Positions 1 to 13,945 of a DNA stretch of 64,000 nucleotides are shown here, piece by piece (positions within the stretch are counted from its first letter, which is position 1; the number at the start of each line of letters is the position of its first letter). A program made the position numbers and the translations under genes. The notes beneath the pieces were generated by a model, which worked only from the letters and a program-made list of their open reading frames with translations, did not search any database and was not told the DNA's origin. The stretch covers positions 19,532,001-19,596,000 of the forward strand of contig NC_086118.1 of assembly GCF_963921235.1 (NCBI RefSeq), read 5' to 3'. The stretch is from Mobula hypostoma (taxonomy: Eukaryota).

Positions 1-2035
1 AATGTGACCTTACCAATGATTTGTACAACTGCAACAAAATGTGCAAACTGCTATAGTCAGGGCTCTGACTAATGAAAGCCAGCGCGCTAATGCATTTTTA
101 CCAACTTATCTAGTTCAACGAACTATGCATCTGTATTCCTAAGTCCTTCTGTTCCATTCTACTCCCAAATGTCCTATCATTTATAGTTTAAGTCCTACTC
201 CAGTTTGAATTGCCAAAATGCATTACCTCACACTCATCTGTTTTGAAATCCATTTGGCAGTCCTGGGCCGACTTCTCTAACTGATCAGGATCCCATTGTA
301 ATCGATGATAACCCTCCTCACTATCAACAGCACCTTCTAATTTTGTATCACCCACAGACTTACTGATGAAATCTTGCGCATTCACATCCAAATTCACATT
401 CGCATACCCGATCAAAACTTTTCCATGGATGGCTGACCGGAAGTGCACTGAGAGCGGTAAGCGTAAAGGAGTTGGGGGCTTACTGTTCTGGTTAACAACG
501 GATGGTGCAATCCGGGTCGTATTACGATCAAGGAACGTGTTTGTAGACTGGATATTGAACTTTTTGCTGTTGGACTCCGGCCATATTCCACCGAGATACA
601 ACACTGGGCATCACGGGAGGTTGTTCCTGCCTGTGGCCGTCGAACTTTGCAGCTCCTCCCGTGGAGAGTCAGACACCCTGAGCCAATAGACTGGATCTGG
701 ACTTATTTCCATCTGGCATAGTTTGCATTTTGTTGTTTGATTGTTTGTGGTTTTTGCATTGCCATATTTATGCTCTATTCTTGGTTGGTGCGGCTGTAAC
801 GAAACCTAATTTCCCTCGGGATCAATAAAGTATATCTATCTACCTATCTATCTATCTATCTATCTATCAAATAATTTACGCAAGTAACAAAGAATGAGGA
901 CTTCAACACCAACTCCTACAGCTCACCACTCATCACTGGCCTCCATTCTGAGAAACAAACATCAGCCATCACCCTCTGTTTCCTCCCTCGGAACTAATTT
1001 TGAATCCACCGAACTAGCTCTTCTGGATTCCATTGGACTTAATCTTCCAGGCCACCCTATCATGCAGGACCTTGTAGAAGGCCTTACCAAATTCCAGATA
1101 GACAGCATCTGCCTTTGGTTACCTTTCAAAAAAAATACTCTAAAAGCTTAATCAAGTGCAATCTCCTCAGGAAGGGTAAGACGAGGGAATACAAACCAAA
1201 CCATGCTAACTTCCTGCTACTGATTTCAGGATGACCAGATTGCAGTTTGCTGGCTTGTCTATGCTACCCTTCTTAAACAACTGAGCGATATTAGCCACCT
1301 TACAGACTTTGAGAACTTCACCAGAGGCTAACAATAAAGCAAGTATCTCCCCAAGGGCCTCTGCAATTTCTCCTCTAGCCTCCTACAAAGTCCAAGGATG
1401 GTTTAGGTCCAGTGCTGGGATTTATCCACCTTAATGCCCTATAAGGTTACAAATACCTCCTCCTGGGTAATATGAAAGTTATCCAAAACATTTCCCCTGG
1501 TTCCTGTATCTCATGAGCACAGTGATTTTCTCCTCAGTAAACACTGAGGAAAAACATTCGTTCAAAATCTTATCCAAGGCAAAGGTGGTCCTGTTGAACT
1601 CTAAGGTGTCCTATTCTCTCTCTAGCCACCCTCTTACACTTAATATAGCTATAGAACATTTTGGGATTTTTCTTAACCTTGCCTGTCAGATCCATCTCAT
1701 ACCCTGTTTGTGCGCTCTTGATTTCCTCCTTAAGACTTTTCTTAATTCTTAATTTTTTATGTAGTTATCAATGGATTCACTTGTCTCCCACCTCCTAAAA
1801 CCAATATATGCTTCTTTCTTTTCCTTGACATGACTCTCAATATCTCTCATTAGCTAGGTTTCCCTGAACTTGCCCTGTTAACCCTTCACTCTAACAGGAA
1901 CATGCCGCTCGTGAACTCATGATTTCACACCCTTCAAAGTTGTTATTCATTCCTTTCCCTTTAAAAAGACTCACCCAATAAACCTGTGCCAGATCCTGCC
2001 CAATTCCCCCAAAATTAGCCTGTCGCGTTTTCGGA
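1..2035 (-). mobile_element. CR1-type LINE ORF2 fragment (degenerate), split by an insertion at 394-867
   Basis: Minus-strand translation ISKSVGDTKLEGAVDSEEGYHRLQWDPDQL...CEVMHFG resembles the CR1 RT C-terminal part (FADDTK-like). Similar decayed sequence resumes after 868. The outer boundary is approximate. Confidence 0.75.
394..867 (+). mobile_element. Internally deleted Rex1/Babar-type LINE (endonuclease piece fused to 3' end, (ATCT)n tail)
   Basis: ADRKCTESGKRKG..VNNGWCNPGRITIKERVC..DIELFAVGLRPY (endonuclease, frameshifted) joined to IPPRYNTGHHGRLFLPVAVEL (C-terminus). AATAAA followed by an ATCT tail. Candidate TSD CAAAT at 389-393 and 868-872. Confidence 0.75.
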
Positions 2036-4272
2036 CTCTAATCTGTGAACGTATCAGAATCAAGTTTATTATCATCGGCATTTATCGTGAAATCTGTTAA
2101 CGTAGCAACAGCAGCCCTATGCAGACCTAGAAATAAATAAATAAATAACAAATAAATTACAGTAAGTATATATTTGTAATTAAATAGATTAAAATAGTGC
2201 GAAAACAGAAGCAGTATATATTTAAGAAGTGAGATAGTGTTCACGAGTACAAGGTCCTTTTAGGAATCGGATGGCAGAGGGGAAGAAGCTGTTCCTGAAT
2301 TACTCGGTGTGTGCCTTCAAGCTTCTGTACCTCCTTCCTGATGGTAACAAAGAGAAGAGGGCGTGTCCTGAGTGATGGAGAGCCTTAATAATGGGTGCCG
2401 CCTTTCCGAGGCATTGCTCCTTGAAGATGTCTTGGATATCACAGAGGCTAGTTCCCAAGATGGAGCTGACTAATCTTACTACTTTCTATAGATTCTTTTG
2501 GTCCTGTGCAATAGCCCCTCCCCCCATACCAGACAGTAATCCAGCCTGTCAGAATGCTTTCCACAGTACATCTATAGAAGTTTCTGAGAGTTATAGGTGG
2601 CAAACAAATCTCTTCAAACTCCTAGTGAAGTATAGCCGCTGTCTTGCTTTCTTTATAGCTGCATTGATATGTTGGGCCAGGTTAGATCCTCAGAGATCTT
2701 GACACCCAGGAACTTGAAATTGCTCACTATCTCCCACTTCTGATCCTTCTGTGTGGTTTGGTTTGTGTTCCCTCATCTTACCCTTCCTGAAATCCACAAT
2801 CAGCTCTCTCATCTTACTGACATTGAGTGCCAGGTTGTTGCTGCAGCACCACTCAACTAGTTGGTATACCTCGCTACTGTACGCCCTCTCGTCACCACAT
2901 GACCTTCTGCCAACAATGGTTGTATCATCAGAAAATTTATAAATGGCATTTGAGCTATACCTAGCCACACAGTCATGGGCAGAGAGGGAGTAGAGCAGTG
3001 GGCTAAGCACATGTGTTTGATATGATCGTCAGCGAGGAGGAGATACTATCGCCAATCCGCACAGGTTGTGGCCTTCAGGCTAGGAATTCGAGGATCCAAT
3101 TGCTGAGGGAGGTACAGAGGTCCAAGTCCTGTAGCTTATTAATCATAACTGTGCAAATTATGGTATTAAACAGTGAGCTATGGTCATCCTGACATGGGTG
3201 TTTGTTTTGTCCAGGTGATCTAAGGCCGTTTGAAGAGCCATTGAGATTGCGTCTGCCATTGACCTGTTGTAGCGATAGGCAAACTGCCGTGGATCCAAGT
3301 CCTTGCTGAGGCAGGAATTCATTTTAGCCACGTTCAACCTCTCAAAGCATTTCATCACTCTAGATATGAGTGCTATTGGGCGATAGTTATTAAAACAGCA
3401 AACCACCACTATTCGTACACACTGGTATAATTGTTGCCTTTTGGAAGCAGATGGGAACTTCCTACTGAAGCAGTAAGAAGTTGAAAAAGTCCTTGAATAC
3501 TCCCGCCAGTTGTTTGATTCAAGTGCAGTAAGGGTCTTCAAAGCTGTGGTTATATTTCAAAGCTGGCATAGAAAGCGTTGAGTTTGTCTGGTAGTGAAGC
3601 ATCGCTGTCATTCATGCTATTGGATGTCGCTTTATAGGAAGTAATGTCCTGCAAATCCTGCCAGTGTTTACATGCATCTGATGTTGCCCCCAACCTCGCT
3701 CAGAATTGTGACTTCACTCTTGAAATAGCCTTCCACAAGTCATACCTGGTTTTCTTGGACAGACCTGGGTCACCAGACTTAAATGCCACAGATCTAGTCC
3801 TCAGCAGATGACGAACCTTTTGGTTCATCCACAGCTTTTGGTTTGGGAATGTACAGCAAGATTTCATCGGCACACACTCATCCTCACAGGTTTTAATGAA
3901 GTTGGTAACAACTGTGGCATACTCATCCAGATTTGAAGATGAAATCCTGAATACAGTCCAGTCCACTGATACAAATGAGTCCTGTAAGCGCTCCTGTGCT
4001 TCCCTTGTCCATACTTTCTTCATCCTCAGTACTGGTGCTGCAGTCTTCAGTCTCAGCCAGGACTTTCCAAAGTGTGGACATGGAATGGCACGGGAGGCTT
4101 TCTTGAAGGTGCTGTAACAGTGGTCCAGTGTGTGCTTCCTCTGGAAGTACAAGTGATCTATTGATGGTAATTATTTAGTGACTTTTTCAAGCTGACCTGG
4201 TTAAAATCCCCCAAAATGATGGTGAAGATGTCAGGGTGTGCTTTTTGTGCAGGTTGATCCCATTGCTTAGAT

Positions 4273-5826
4273 TAGCGGTCACCAACCTTTTTAAGCCCAA
4301 GATCCCCTATCTCGACCTCAGTGAAAGACAAGATCTACCTATTAAATCGTTCAGAGAAAAAACAGCTCAGATTGTACTTCCAATTTGAGGCCTTTTATTT
4401 GGGCTAATTGTATTTGAATTACACAAAATACTTTTGTCAAACTTTCAAATTAATTCAAACAAGAAAACACTATAACTATCATATCAAACGGGCCATAGCT
4501 GTCTTTCTTTAAGAATATTACAATACTTCACACCTTTAACTCTAAGTTTCATTATTTAACTTTATTTCAACACGAAAAATAAATGAATAAAAATTAACTG
4601 TTGCATTCAGTGGGATGACTGGGGCTGAATACTTTCTGCTAGTTCCTGAAATTTGGCTCATAACTACAGACAGCCAGTCTGAGACAGTCTGTGAGGTGTA
4701 GGGTTGCCAACTGTCCCATATTTGCAGGGACATCCCGTATACTGGGCTAACTTGGTTTGTCCCATACGGGACGGGCCTTGTCCTGTATTCCCCCCCCCCG
4801 CTAAGGTAGAGCGTTCCCAGACCCAAAAAAATTACCTACCAAATCATACCAAATAGCACATAAAGCCTAAAATAACACTAACATATAGTAAAAGCAGGAA
4901 TGATATGATAAATACACAGCTTATATGAAGTAGAAATAATGAAGATTAAGCCAATTCATGGGGAAAAAAATCAGCACATACATACACGTGCAAACAGGTG
5001 CCTGTGCAAGGCTTCATGGTCATGGTAGTCTTTCATGGGGTAAACACAAATGTCCCGAGATTTGACTGCTACCTTTGTCCCTTATTTGGGAGTGAGAAAG
5101 TTGGCAACCCTAGTGAGGTGTCTGTCAGTAAGTCAGCTCCTGTACTTAGATTTAATAACTTTCATCTGTGAAAATGCAATTTCACATAGATAAGTTGACA
5201 CGAAGTAGGCACTGGCTTTTAGTGCTGTAAAACCAATACATTGCTGGGGGCCCATCAGTAGTAATTGCCATCAGTTTATGAATGTAAATAGAAGTTCTTC
5301 TTCCCATTCTGGATGGAATTTGTATGTTTTCGCCTTCTTTCGTGGAGCCTCCGCCATGTTATCAGGATATCACAAGCGATTGCCGATTGCGTTGCCTCTG
5401 ATCTGGGCCGACATTTATGTGCCGGGCGGCACCTAATTAATTAGCTGGTTTATTTGGGCTTTTTTTTCTTAAAGATTTGCTGGGTGCATCCCGACTACCG
5501 CTGCACCACTGCATGCTTCGCGGCCTGGAGGTTGGGGACCACTGCCGTATATTGATGTTTGCGACAGTCTGTACTCTTATCTAATCTGATTGGTCACTTT
5601 GATGCCAGCACAAGCTACGCTGAAAACGCGGTGCCCCTGCAACCCGGAAACAATCGCTCTTTATAAACAGCGTTGAGTAGCAAAAATATTGCTATATTAC
5701 CATTATCCTAATTAGTATTACTTATTTTTATAATGCTCACATTACAGCAGTATTTATGTATTTATTTTTGATTTTTTTCGGGATCTACGGGGAAAGTCTC
5801 AAAGATCGACGGGTTGGCAACCCCTA
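4273..5826 (-). mobile_element. Internally deleted hAT (Charlie/SPIN-like) DNA transposon
   Basis: Imperfect TIRs TAGCGGTCACCAACC / GGTTGGCAACCCCTA and 8-bp TSD GCTTAGAT/GCTTAGTT. Minus-strand remnants: MAEAPRKKAKTYKFHPEWEEELLF (ATG 5357), AITTDGPPAM, STYLCEIAFSQMK..LTDRHLTDCLRLAV (hAT dimerisation region). Confidence 0.9.
4699..5112. mobile_element. hAT-type MITE nested in the hAT above
   Basis: Perfect 14-bp TIR TAGGGTTGCCAACT and perfect 8-bp TSD GTGAGGTG (4691-4698, 5113-5120); non-coding. Confidence 0.92.
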
Positions 5827-8800
5827 GCTTAGTTCATTCAGAGCCTGCTTCACATTGGCCTGAGGTGGAATGTACACTTCTACCAAAATGATCACAGAAA
5901 TCTCCAGCTGCAAGCAAAATGGACAGCACTTAACTGAGAGATATTTCAGGCCTAGTGAGCAGAATTAGGACAACACAGGTACATTTGTGCCCCCAAGAGG
6001 AGTTGATCAGGAGGCATACACCTCCACCTCTGCTTTTGAGAGATTCAACGGTCCTATCGTGATGGTGTATAGTGCACCCGTCAATCTAAATCACAGCATC
6101 TGGTATGCAAGGGGTTAACCAGGATTCCATGAAACAAAGGATGCAATTGGTCTTAATGTCCCTCTGATACAATACCCTAGCTCTGAGAAGTTTGAGTTAT
6201 TTACTGGAGACTGTACGTTTGCCAGTGCGTTGGTGGGTATTGGGAGTCGGAAACCCCGTTTTATTTTTAAACACAACGGTGTCCCTGACCAGCAGCCACA
6301 TTTCCTGTGAGGAAGCTTCTTCCAGCGAGAAGTACGGCCACAATCAGCATTGCTTCCATCGTTTTTAAGCAGCGATAGATTATTCATTCGCATCAAGATG
6401 TCATTATTAACTGTTTAGACCATGGAAGCAGTTGTGATTCTCTGCTGTATCAGGCTGAAATAGGAATATTTAATCATATCCATCGACCTGTACAGCATGG
6501 GATCGTCGCCTTCAAGGCACCCCAGAAGTAAAAATGTTCTTTCCTTTTCCATCACTACCTTAAAATTAATCAAATTACGGTCACTAGTGCTCCCTGATTG
6601 TTACTTCAGTTACCTGTCCTGCCTTGTTCCCTAAAATGTGGTCCAGTATAGCACAGTCCTGAGTAGAACCCTCTATATATTGATTCAGAAAAGTTTCCTG
6701 AACATCTTTCACACATTCCACCCCATCCAGGCCTTCAACACTCTGCGTAATCCAGATAATAATGGAGAAAGTAAAATTTCCGCTAATACAACCCTATTAT
6801 TCCTCAAACTGAGGTGTATGGGGTGTCCAGGGAGGAGCAGGTGAAGGGGCTTGTCATTTCCTTTCCGGGGTAGCTCAGTCACCTTTCATCTTCACCAGAC
6901 GCTCAGCTCTCACCTGTGGCTCCAAGAAGCTGCAAGCATCAGCAGTCACTTTCAGGTACACAGCTTTGACAGGCTGGCTAAACCAAGTTAGGGCAGCCCA
7001 TGGCCTCAAACCTCGGTGAGATGTGAACACGCCTGCCCTAGCATGTGAAGTCAGCTTCAGCTCGAAGCATCTCGGATGAGATATTCAGTGAGACTGAAAG
7101 GCCAAGAAAGTGGTGCGGCAATGCTCTGTGGAGAGCAAAGGTCATGGGAAGGTGCAGGAGTTGTCATGGCAATCCACTGCAACCAAGGAAGAGCCCACTT
7201 TGTGACTCTTGTTTGTACAACTGGACCCAGACTTCTGAAGTCATAAGAATGGAACTGCCCAGTGCAATAGCTTTTCCACCTTAAAAGCACTCCTGCCTTC
7301 ACAGGCTTCCTGTCATCGTCGGACACGATGGGCAACCACCATTCATAAAACCATGAGCAATTTCTCTACACATCTGCTCCTCAATTTCCTGGTGAGCATT
7401 GGGGTGTGGGGAGGTCTGTAATGTGGCCTCATTTGAGTGATCCTCCCCTTATAGTTTCTGCCCATATGGATTTGCTGAATAATCCCCTAAAAATGTTATC
7501 TCTGGGTAATCTGCAATGCACTCCCTTATCAAAATGGCATCATCCCATCCTGTAGCATCTATATCCTGAAATGCTGAGCTGCCAGACCCGCTCTCTCTCA
7601 GCCATGTTTTGTCATGACTATAACACCCCAGTCCTCTGACCCAATCCATATTCTGAGTTCATCTGCCTTACCTGTTAAACCTTGTGCACTGAAATAAGTG
7701 CAGTTTAATTGGGCATTCCTTTCTTTGTCTTTGCTGTGCCCAAAATTTATTTATTTTGTCCTCTCATGCATTATCCCATGACTTGCGTCTGCTCAGGCTA
7801 CAACCACCCACACCTGCCCCCCCCCCCCCCCCGCCAATCTAGTTTAAATTCTCCCGTGAAGCAAGCAGATTTCCTTGCAAGGATTTTGGTCTCTTGATGG
7901 TTCTGGCCACTACACCAGAAGAGAACCCAATGGTCCCAGACCCAGAACTGTTGACCCCTGTATCAGGTCCTCAGCCACAAATTCTTCTGGCCTGGCTTTC
8001 TGTTACTGACCTTGTCAGCATGTGGCACTGGAGATATCACTACCCTTGATATCCTGCTGCTTACCTCACTCCCTCCACTCATTGTGCAGAACCTCATGCC
8101 TTGTACTGCCCATGTCACTTATACCAACATGTACAATAACCTCGGATTGTTTGCCCTCCTGCTTGAGAAATTTCTGCAGCTGCTCAGAGGCATCCTTGAT
8201 CCTGGCATCCGAGAGGCAACACATAATCCCTTCCACAATCACAGAATCTCCTGTCTGTCCCTATTCCTGTCACCCTGTCTGACTGTACCCTTTCACTTTG
8301 AGGCTCAGAGCCCATCACATTACCAGAGATAAACTACTGCTGCTAGCGCATGAAAGAAAATCCCCCTCAACTGTATCCAAAGGGGTATACCTGTTAATGG
8401 GGGGAATAGCCACAGAGGAACCCTGAACTGACTCAGTAATCCCCTTACTTTTCACGCTGGTCACTCACTTATCTGAAGTCTGGACCTTGGCTATGACCAC
8501 CTTAATAAAAGCCTCGTCTATGAAGCTCTCAGCTTCCCGGATGATCCTGAAATTATCTGAAAGCGAGTTTATCTGTGCTGCCAGTGTTGGCAAGCTATTG
8601 TTTAGATGTTCATTTGTACCCTTACACATTGATGGATACTACATGACCAGAAAAAAACCTTAAAAAAATGTCCTTGGTGGTTATATATTGATTTGAATTC
8701 AGATCTATCAGTCCCAGTTTTCAACCATGGCTAGTTCAGAATGTTACCTGCTTTAACTGGTATCCCGTATGTGCTGCATATTCCACTTTTGCTTATCATT

Positions 8801-9182
8801 CTGCAAGGCCGGCATAAGACATCATTTGGTGACTTTTGGGGGTTTTTCAGTTCCTTGCTGGCTTTGACATATCTTACACAATTCAACTTTTCTCTGGGCT
8901 TCTATGATAAGCCCCAGTTCAATAGTTAGTTCACCTCAGAAATCACTTCAGATTATGTGCCTGCAAATCCTTCAGAGAACAGGAGCTTGCAATGACTTCT
9001 CATTTTCTGCTTTATTTACTTTCCCACATCCGATATTGGAAGGTGGGAACTCACAAACACGTTAGATTGAAGGTCTTTGTCATCTGTGCCATTAGCCTCA
9101 AGTGAGAAGGTTTGACAATAAACTGATCATATAGAGCCCTTTACCCTTCATGTGTCTGCCATAACTCAGCAGGAAGACTTTT

Positions 9183-9605
9183 TTCAGAATCAGAATTAGA
9201 ATCAGGTTTATTATCACCGGTATGTGACCTGAAATTTGTTAACTTAACAGCAGCAGTTCAATGCAATACATAATCTAGCAGAGAGAGAGAGAGAAAAAAA
9301 ACATAATAAATAAACAAGTAAATCAATTACATTATTGAATAGATTATTTTTAAAATGTGCAGAAACAGAAATACTGTATATTAAAAAAAGTGAGGTGGTG
9401 TCCAAAGCTTCAAAGCCCATTTAGGAGTCGGATGGCAGAGGGGAAGAAGCTGTTCCTGAATCACTGAGTGTGTGCCTTCAGTCTTCTGTATCTCCTACCT
9501 GATGTTAGCAGTGAGAAAAGTGCATGCCCTGCGTGCTGGAGGTCTTTAATAATGGACGCTGCCTTTCTGAGACACAGCTTCCGAAAGATGTCCTGGGTAC
9601 TCTGT
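9183..9605 (-). mobile_element. Rex1/Babar LINE 3' end (5'-truncated)
   Basis: Same 3' UTR and tail as the 2050 element (cagaatcag...gtttattatc; ggcagaggggaagaagctgttcctgaa). Confidence 0.85.
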
Positions 9606-9699
9606 GGAGAGCATCTTGCACATTAATGGGGCCACTCTCATTAAGGAAAATGGACAGTATTTCATCATGCTCCTGATTTGTTCCACATCAATGGTGTCA

Positions 9700-9960
9700 A
9701 GGTATTGGGATGTCACATGGTCATTCACTCACTCAAAGATACCTGATCTTGGAACCAACTCTTAAACCCAAATTGGATATGAATGTGCAGGCTTATTGTG
9801 GCTATGTGCCTCTTAATAGCACTGTCAGCGAGGGCTTCTGTCACTTTGCTAATGATTGAGAGTAGACTGATTGGACAGTGATTAGTCAGATTGGATTTGT
9901 TAATGAGATACACCCGGGCAATTATCCACATTGTCATTTAGATGCTGGCGCAGTAACTGT
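9700..9960 (-). mobile_element. Old LINE RT fragment
   Basis: NHCPISLLSIISKVTE...QFGFK resembles the NYRPISLL...QFGFR RT motifs. Confidence 0.6.
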
Positions 9961-11839
9961 ATGGAGACAGCATGACTGAAGGCACAACTCTAAATCAATT
10001 GTATAAGCAGACAGCAAATCCTACAGTGTATGAAATTTTCCAAGAGCTTGTGATGCCTGACCAAAAGCAATGAGCAGCAGAGAAAGCACCTGAAAACTGC
10101 TGATGATTGCCCTGGAATGCCTAGAATTTAAAACAAAACAGAGTAATGAAATAGTCCAGCCAGCTGTCAGAAGAAAAATGATTTTTTTTATCATTTCTGT
10201 TAATACTTCAGTTTATTAAAGTTAACAGAATATTGCTGATGGGAAATGGGTTGTTTGCCTGTTTGCTGGAGGAAGCAATTATTAAATCATCTGATGTATA
10301 TCCTACCAGACATGGGTTCTCAGAACTCATTCAGCCAATATAAGTTTATTATATTCTCTCTTTCATGATAATGTCCAGTAAAGGGCACTTGTGCCAGAAC
10401 ATAGCAACATAGTCCAAATTGTTTGAGAAACTTGCAGCAGAAACTTATTCAGGCCACTGGGGGGAATGTTATAACATTGCTAATGTTTCATTTAAAAAAA
10501 GGTCCTCTATTCCAATGGGAAAGTGACAAAACACATTAATATTATATTGCAGAGAGGATGGAGGAGAGATTCGAGATTCAAAGAACATTTATTATCAAAG
10601 TGTGTGTGCAGTATACAACCCTGAGATTTGTTTTCCACACACAGCCATGAGACAAAGAAAATCATGGAACCCAATTAAAGCAAAACAGCAAACCCCAACA
10701 CTGTTGTGCAAGTGAGAAAAAGAAATGAGTGGAAAGTACAGAATATAAAACCATCGAACTACAAAGTCATCGAAAGTCCAGGGAAGTTTACTTTCAGCTC
10801 AGTCTAGCACTGCATTGCTCACTGAGAACAGGCCACCCGATCAAAATCACACAAAATAACAACAAAAGAGTAACAACCAGAAACATATCGTAACATGAAC
10901 TGCAGAGTCCAGTCTGCAAACAGCATTGATTAAATCTTGCCCAAGTCCCAAGACCCCAGTACCATCCCTCCTGCAGCAACGAGTGAAGGGAGAGAGCAAC
11001 CAGTTGAATGCAGGCAGCTTCCTCCAGGAGCGGAGAGCAAAAGAGAGACTAGTCACCCCCAGGCACACAGTGCTGAACACCCGCTTGCCTTCCACTCTCA
11101 TCCTCGTTGATCTCAATCTTCCGCGACACTTGAATCATCGAGATTGGGAAGAAAAGAAGCTAAACTCGAGCTCGTGCCTTGACTCCAGGTTTCTTGTCCT
11201 CTCGGCCGCCTATTTCAGCTTCTTCCCCTTTGCCATCCGATTCCTAAATGGACAATGAAGCCTTGGACACTACCTCACTTTTTTTTTAGATATACAATAT
11301 TTCTTGTTTTGGGCACGATTTTAATCTATTCAATATACATATACTGTCATTGATTCACTTATTTATTATTATTATTTTCTTCTTCTAGATTATGTACGGC
11401 ATTAAACTGCTGCTGCTAAGTTAACAAATCTCACGTCACGCGCCAATGATAATAAAGCTGATTCTGATTCTGAATTCACTCTGAGACAGCTAAGTGCAGA
11501 TCACTCAATCAGCCTGAAAGCACATTACCACAGACTCCAATAGCTGAAAGAAGAAGAAATAAAGAAAGTAAGAGATGGACAGGAGAAAAGGAATATGTCC
11601 AATGGGGTGAAGCCATGGTCACCCCCGCAATTTCAACATGCATCGAGCTACCCGATTAATAAAACAAAGAGGGAGGTTCAAGAGGGAAGACAAACATAGG
11701 GGCATGCTGAAGATGTGAAAAAAATGGTGGAACATGCATGCAGAGCTGCTGTTCAAACTTGAAATCAAATGGGGATGCTGAAAATGTCCAGCAGATCATG
11801 TAGCTGTTGTGCAGAGAATCTAAACTGGGTTATTATGGG

Positions 11840-12650
11840 TAACTTTTCAGCAGAATTCGCCAGTTCTGATGCACACAGGAAAACTGAGGTGTTTGAAATT
11901 ATTGAACTCAATACTAAATCCTAGAGGCTGCAACATGACCAGACTGAAGAAGAGATGATATTCTTCAGGCTCACTTTTCACATTGTTGGAATAGTGTAGT
12001 AGGCCACAGCCACATAGGGGAGAGCTGAAATGAGCAAAGGAATATGTTGGGTAAGTCAGAAGTGGAGATGTTTGGAAAAGGTATCGCCCAAGCAGTACGG
12101 AGAACACAGGCTCATGACCGCTGAATGCAATACATTAGATGGAGACAGAGGTTCTTTCAACTGTGGTAGAGGGGAAGCCATGATTAAGGAAAAGTGATGA
12201 CTCTTCAAAAGGCATTCAATTGCAGAGTTTCATCAACAGAGCAAATATAATCTAGCTGTCAAAACTGGCAGAATAAAGCAGATTCGTTACTTAGGAGGAA
12301 ATGCAGCATACAAGGAAATATAGTTGAGAAAGCTGTGAGATTCATAGGCCTGTAACAGTCTAACTCTCAGCCACTTGTTCACCACACACCCCACCCCTGA
12401 ACCTTTTTGTGAGATGTTCCCTCCATAAACTCCAACTTCATAGTCCTCCAATCCCATATATTTCTCTTCTCCTACTCCCCAAGTAGGTCTGCCTAGACTC
12501 TAGACAGACCCATTGTTTCAGTCTTTCTTTGCCCATATTTCCTCCTTCCTTGATGATAAAGAATCTTAGACTTGAAATATTAACTCTGTGGCCCCTTTGA
12601 TGTTGCTCTGCATGCTGAGTATTTCAAGATTTTAGGCATCTGCTGTTCTT
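11840..12650. mobile_element. Highly degenerate Penelope-like fragments
   Basis: Minus-strand EEYHLFFSLVMLQPLGFSIEFNNF resembles EEQHLIFRLGSLQPDGMNIDFSNF at 15253. A decayed pLTR-like tail lies at about 12550-12650 (+). Confidence 0.55.
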
Positions 12651-13945
12651 TGATTTTAATCAATAAAACTTTGCTTTAGGACCATGCCTGTCGAAAATGT
12701 AGCGCGAATAATAAGAGAAACTTCACACTTTTCAAAACAATTTATCCACAGCCTAAAAAAATTGTACAATCCTTTCACAGAAATCTTCAAACCCATTGTC
12801 ACTCTCTGCACTTTCACAAATCAAATACCTTATTCATGTAGGTAAGACAAATCTCATTATAGAACAGGAGGAAGATATGATCAACAAAACTGAGACAAGA
12901 TTATTCATCCCAGGGAACATTCAGCCATTATCTCACCTTGTTTCCAACCAAAATGCATTTGGAATGATGGTTAATGAGCAGCCTTTGTGGGTAGATTATT
13001 TAATATGGTAATCATTCAGTTTTAAATGTGTTTTCTACTTCCTGATATTTTTCTCTCTGAGCCAATTTACTTGACCTACCTTTGCAGTAATATTTTTATC
13101 TATGCCATTTAATGTTTTATATATTTCATTGAAGTACCTAATTAACTTTATCTACAGAAGGCAGAATTAAAGCACATGTTTATCTTATATTTGAAATATT
13201 TTTTATTGCTTTTCTCTGCAACCTTCTAATGTGTCTGCACTCTTGGATAATCAGATCTGTACATATATTCCTTAAGGCTTAGACCAATGCATTATAAAGT
13301 GCTGGATCATCTCACTGCATACATGTTCCACCATTATATCTGATTTTGCAATTGCTATTCCAACTCCCTTGACAAATAGTGATGGCTCCCAAGCCACTTT
13401 CAATATTTCCTCGTCCTAATTGTATTCTCTTCATTTTATACCCTAGCTATTCATTTTGTTTTGTTTTTCTACTCTAAAAGATGCAATTTACATCTGCCAG
13501 TATTCAAATTAATTTTCTATTAGTTTCTCTAATTGCAGAAATGATCTATATCCTTCTACAAATTATTAACATTATCTTCTGACCCTGCTGTTTTCTTTAT
13601 TTTAATACTGCTATAAATTTGAGAAATTCAAAATTAGTTGTAACATTCATGTTGTTTATATGGTTGAAAAACAACAGGGTTCCAACGTGACTTCTGTATT
13701 ATAATCAGTATCCATGTCCAATATTGTAACTGTAATACCAAATCTTGGTTTGTTTTTTTTAAATCTGAAACTAATTTGGTTGCATATTGTGTCTTGATTT
13801 CCTTTACAAAGCTTTTTTTTAATGTAATCATTCCAGTCAAGAAGGGAGTGGTGACTTTGAGAATCATAGAGAAACGCAGTACAGAAACAGTCCCTTTAGC
13901 CCATCTGGACCATACTGACCTACAGCACATTTAATGTTAATGTGC

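Larger units (their letters stand above)
2050..6200 (-). mobile_element. Rex1/Babar-type LINE (EN + RT, degenerate), interrupted by a hAT element
   Basis: NYRPIALISRVMKCFERL, LDPRQFAYRYNRS, LSPLLYSL..KFSDDTTIVG, DHCYSTFK, FPNQKLWMN. An endonuclease GGGVCLLIN-like segment lies near 6000-6030 and a CTGATT-type tail near 2053. Confidence 0.9.

Noticed and set aside
12796..13011. Exon-like segment containing GTAAG and a minus-strand donor
   Set aside because: The minus frames contain stops and the plus ORF has no recognisable similarity.
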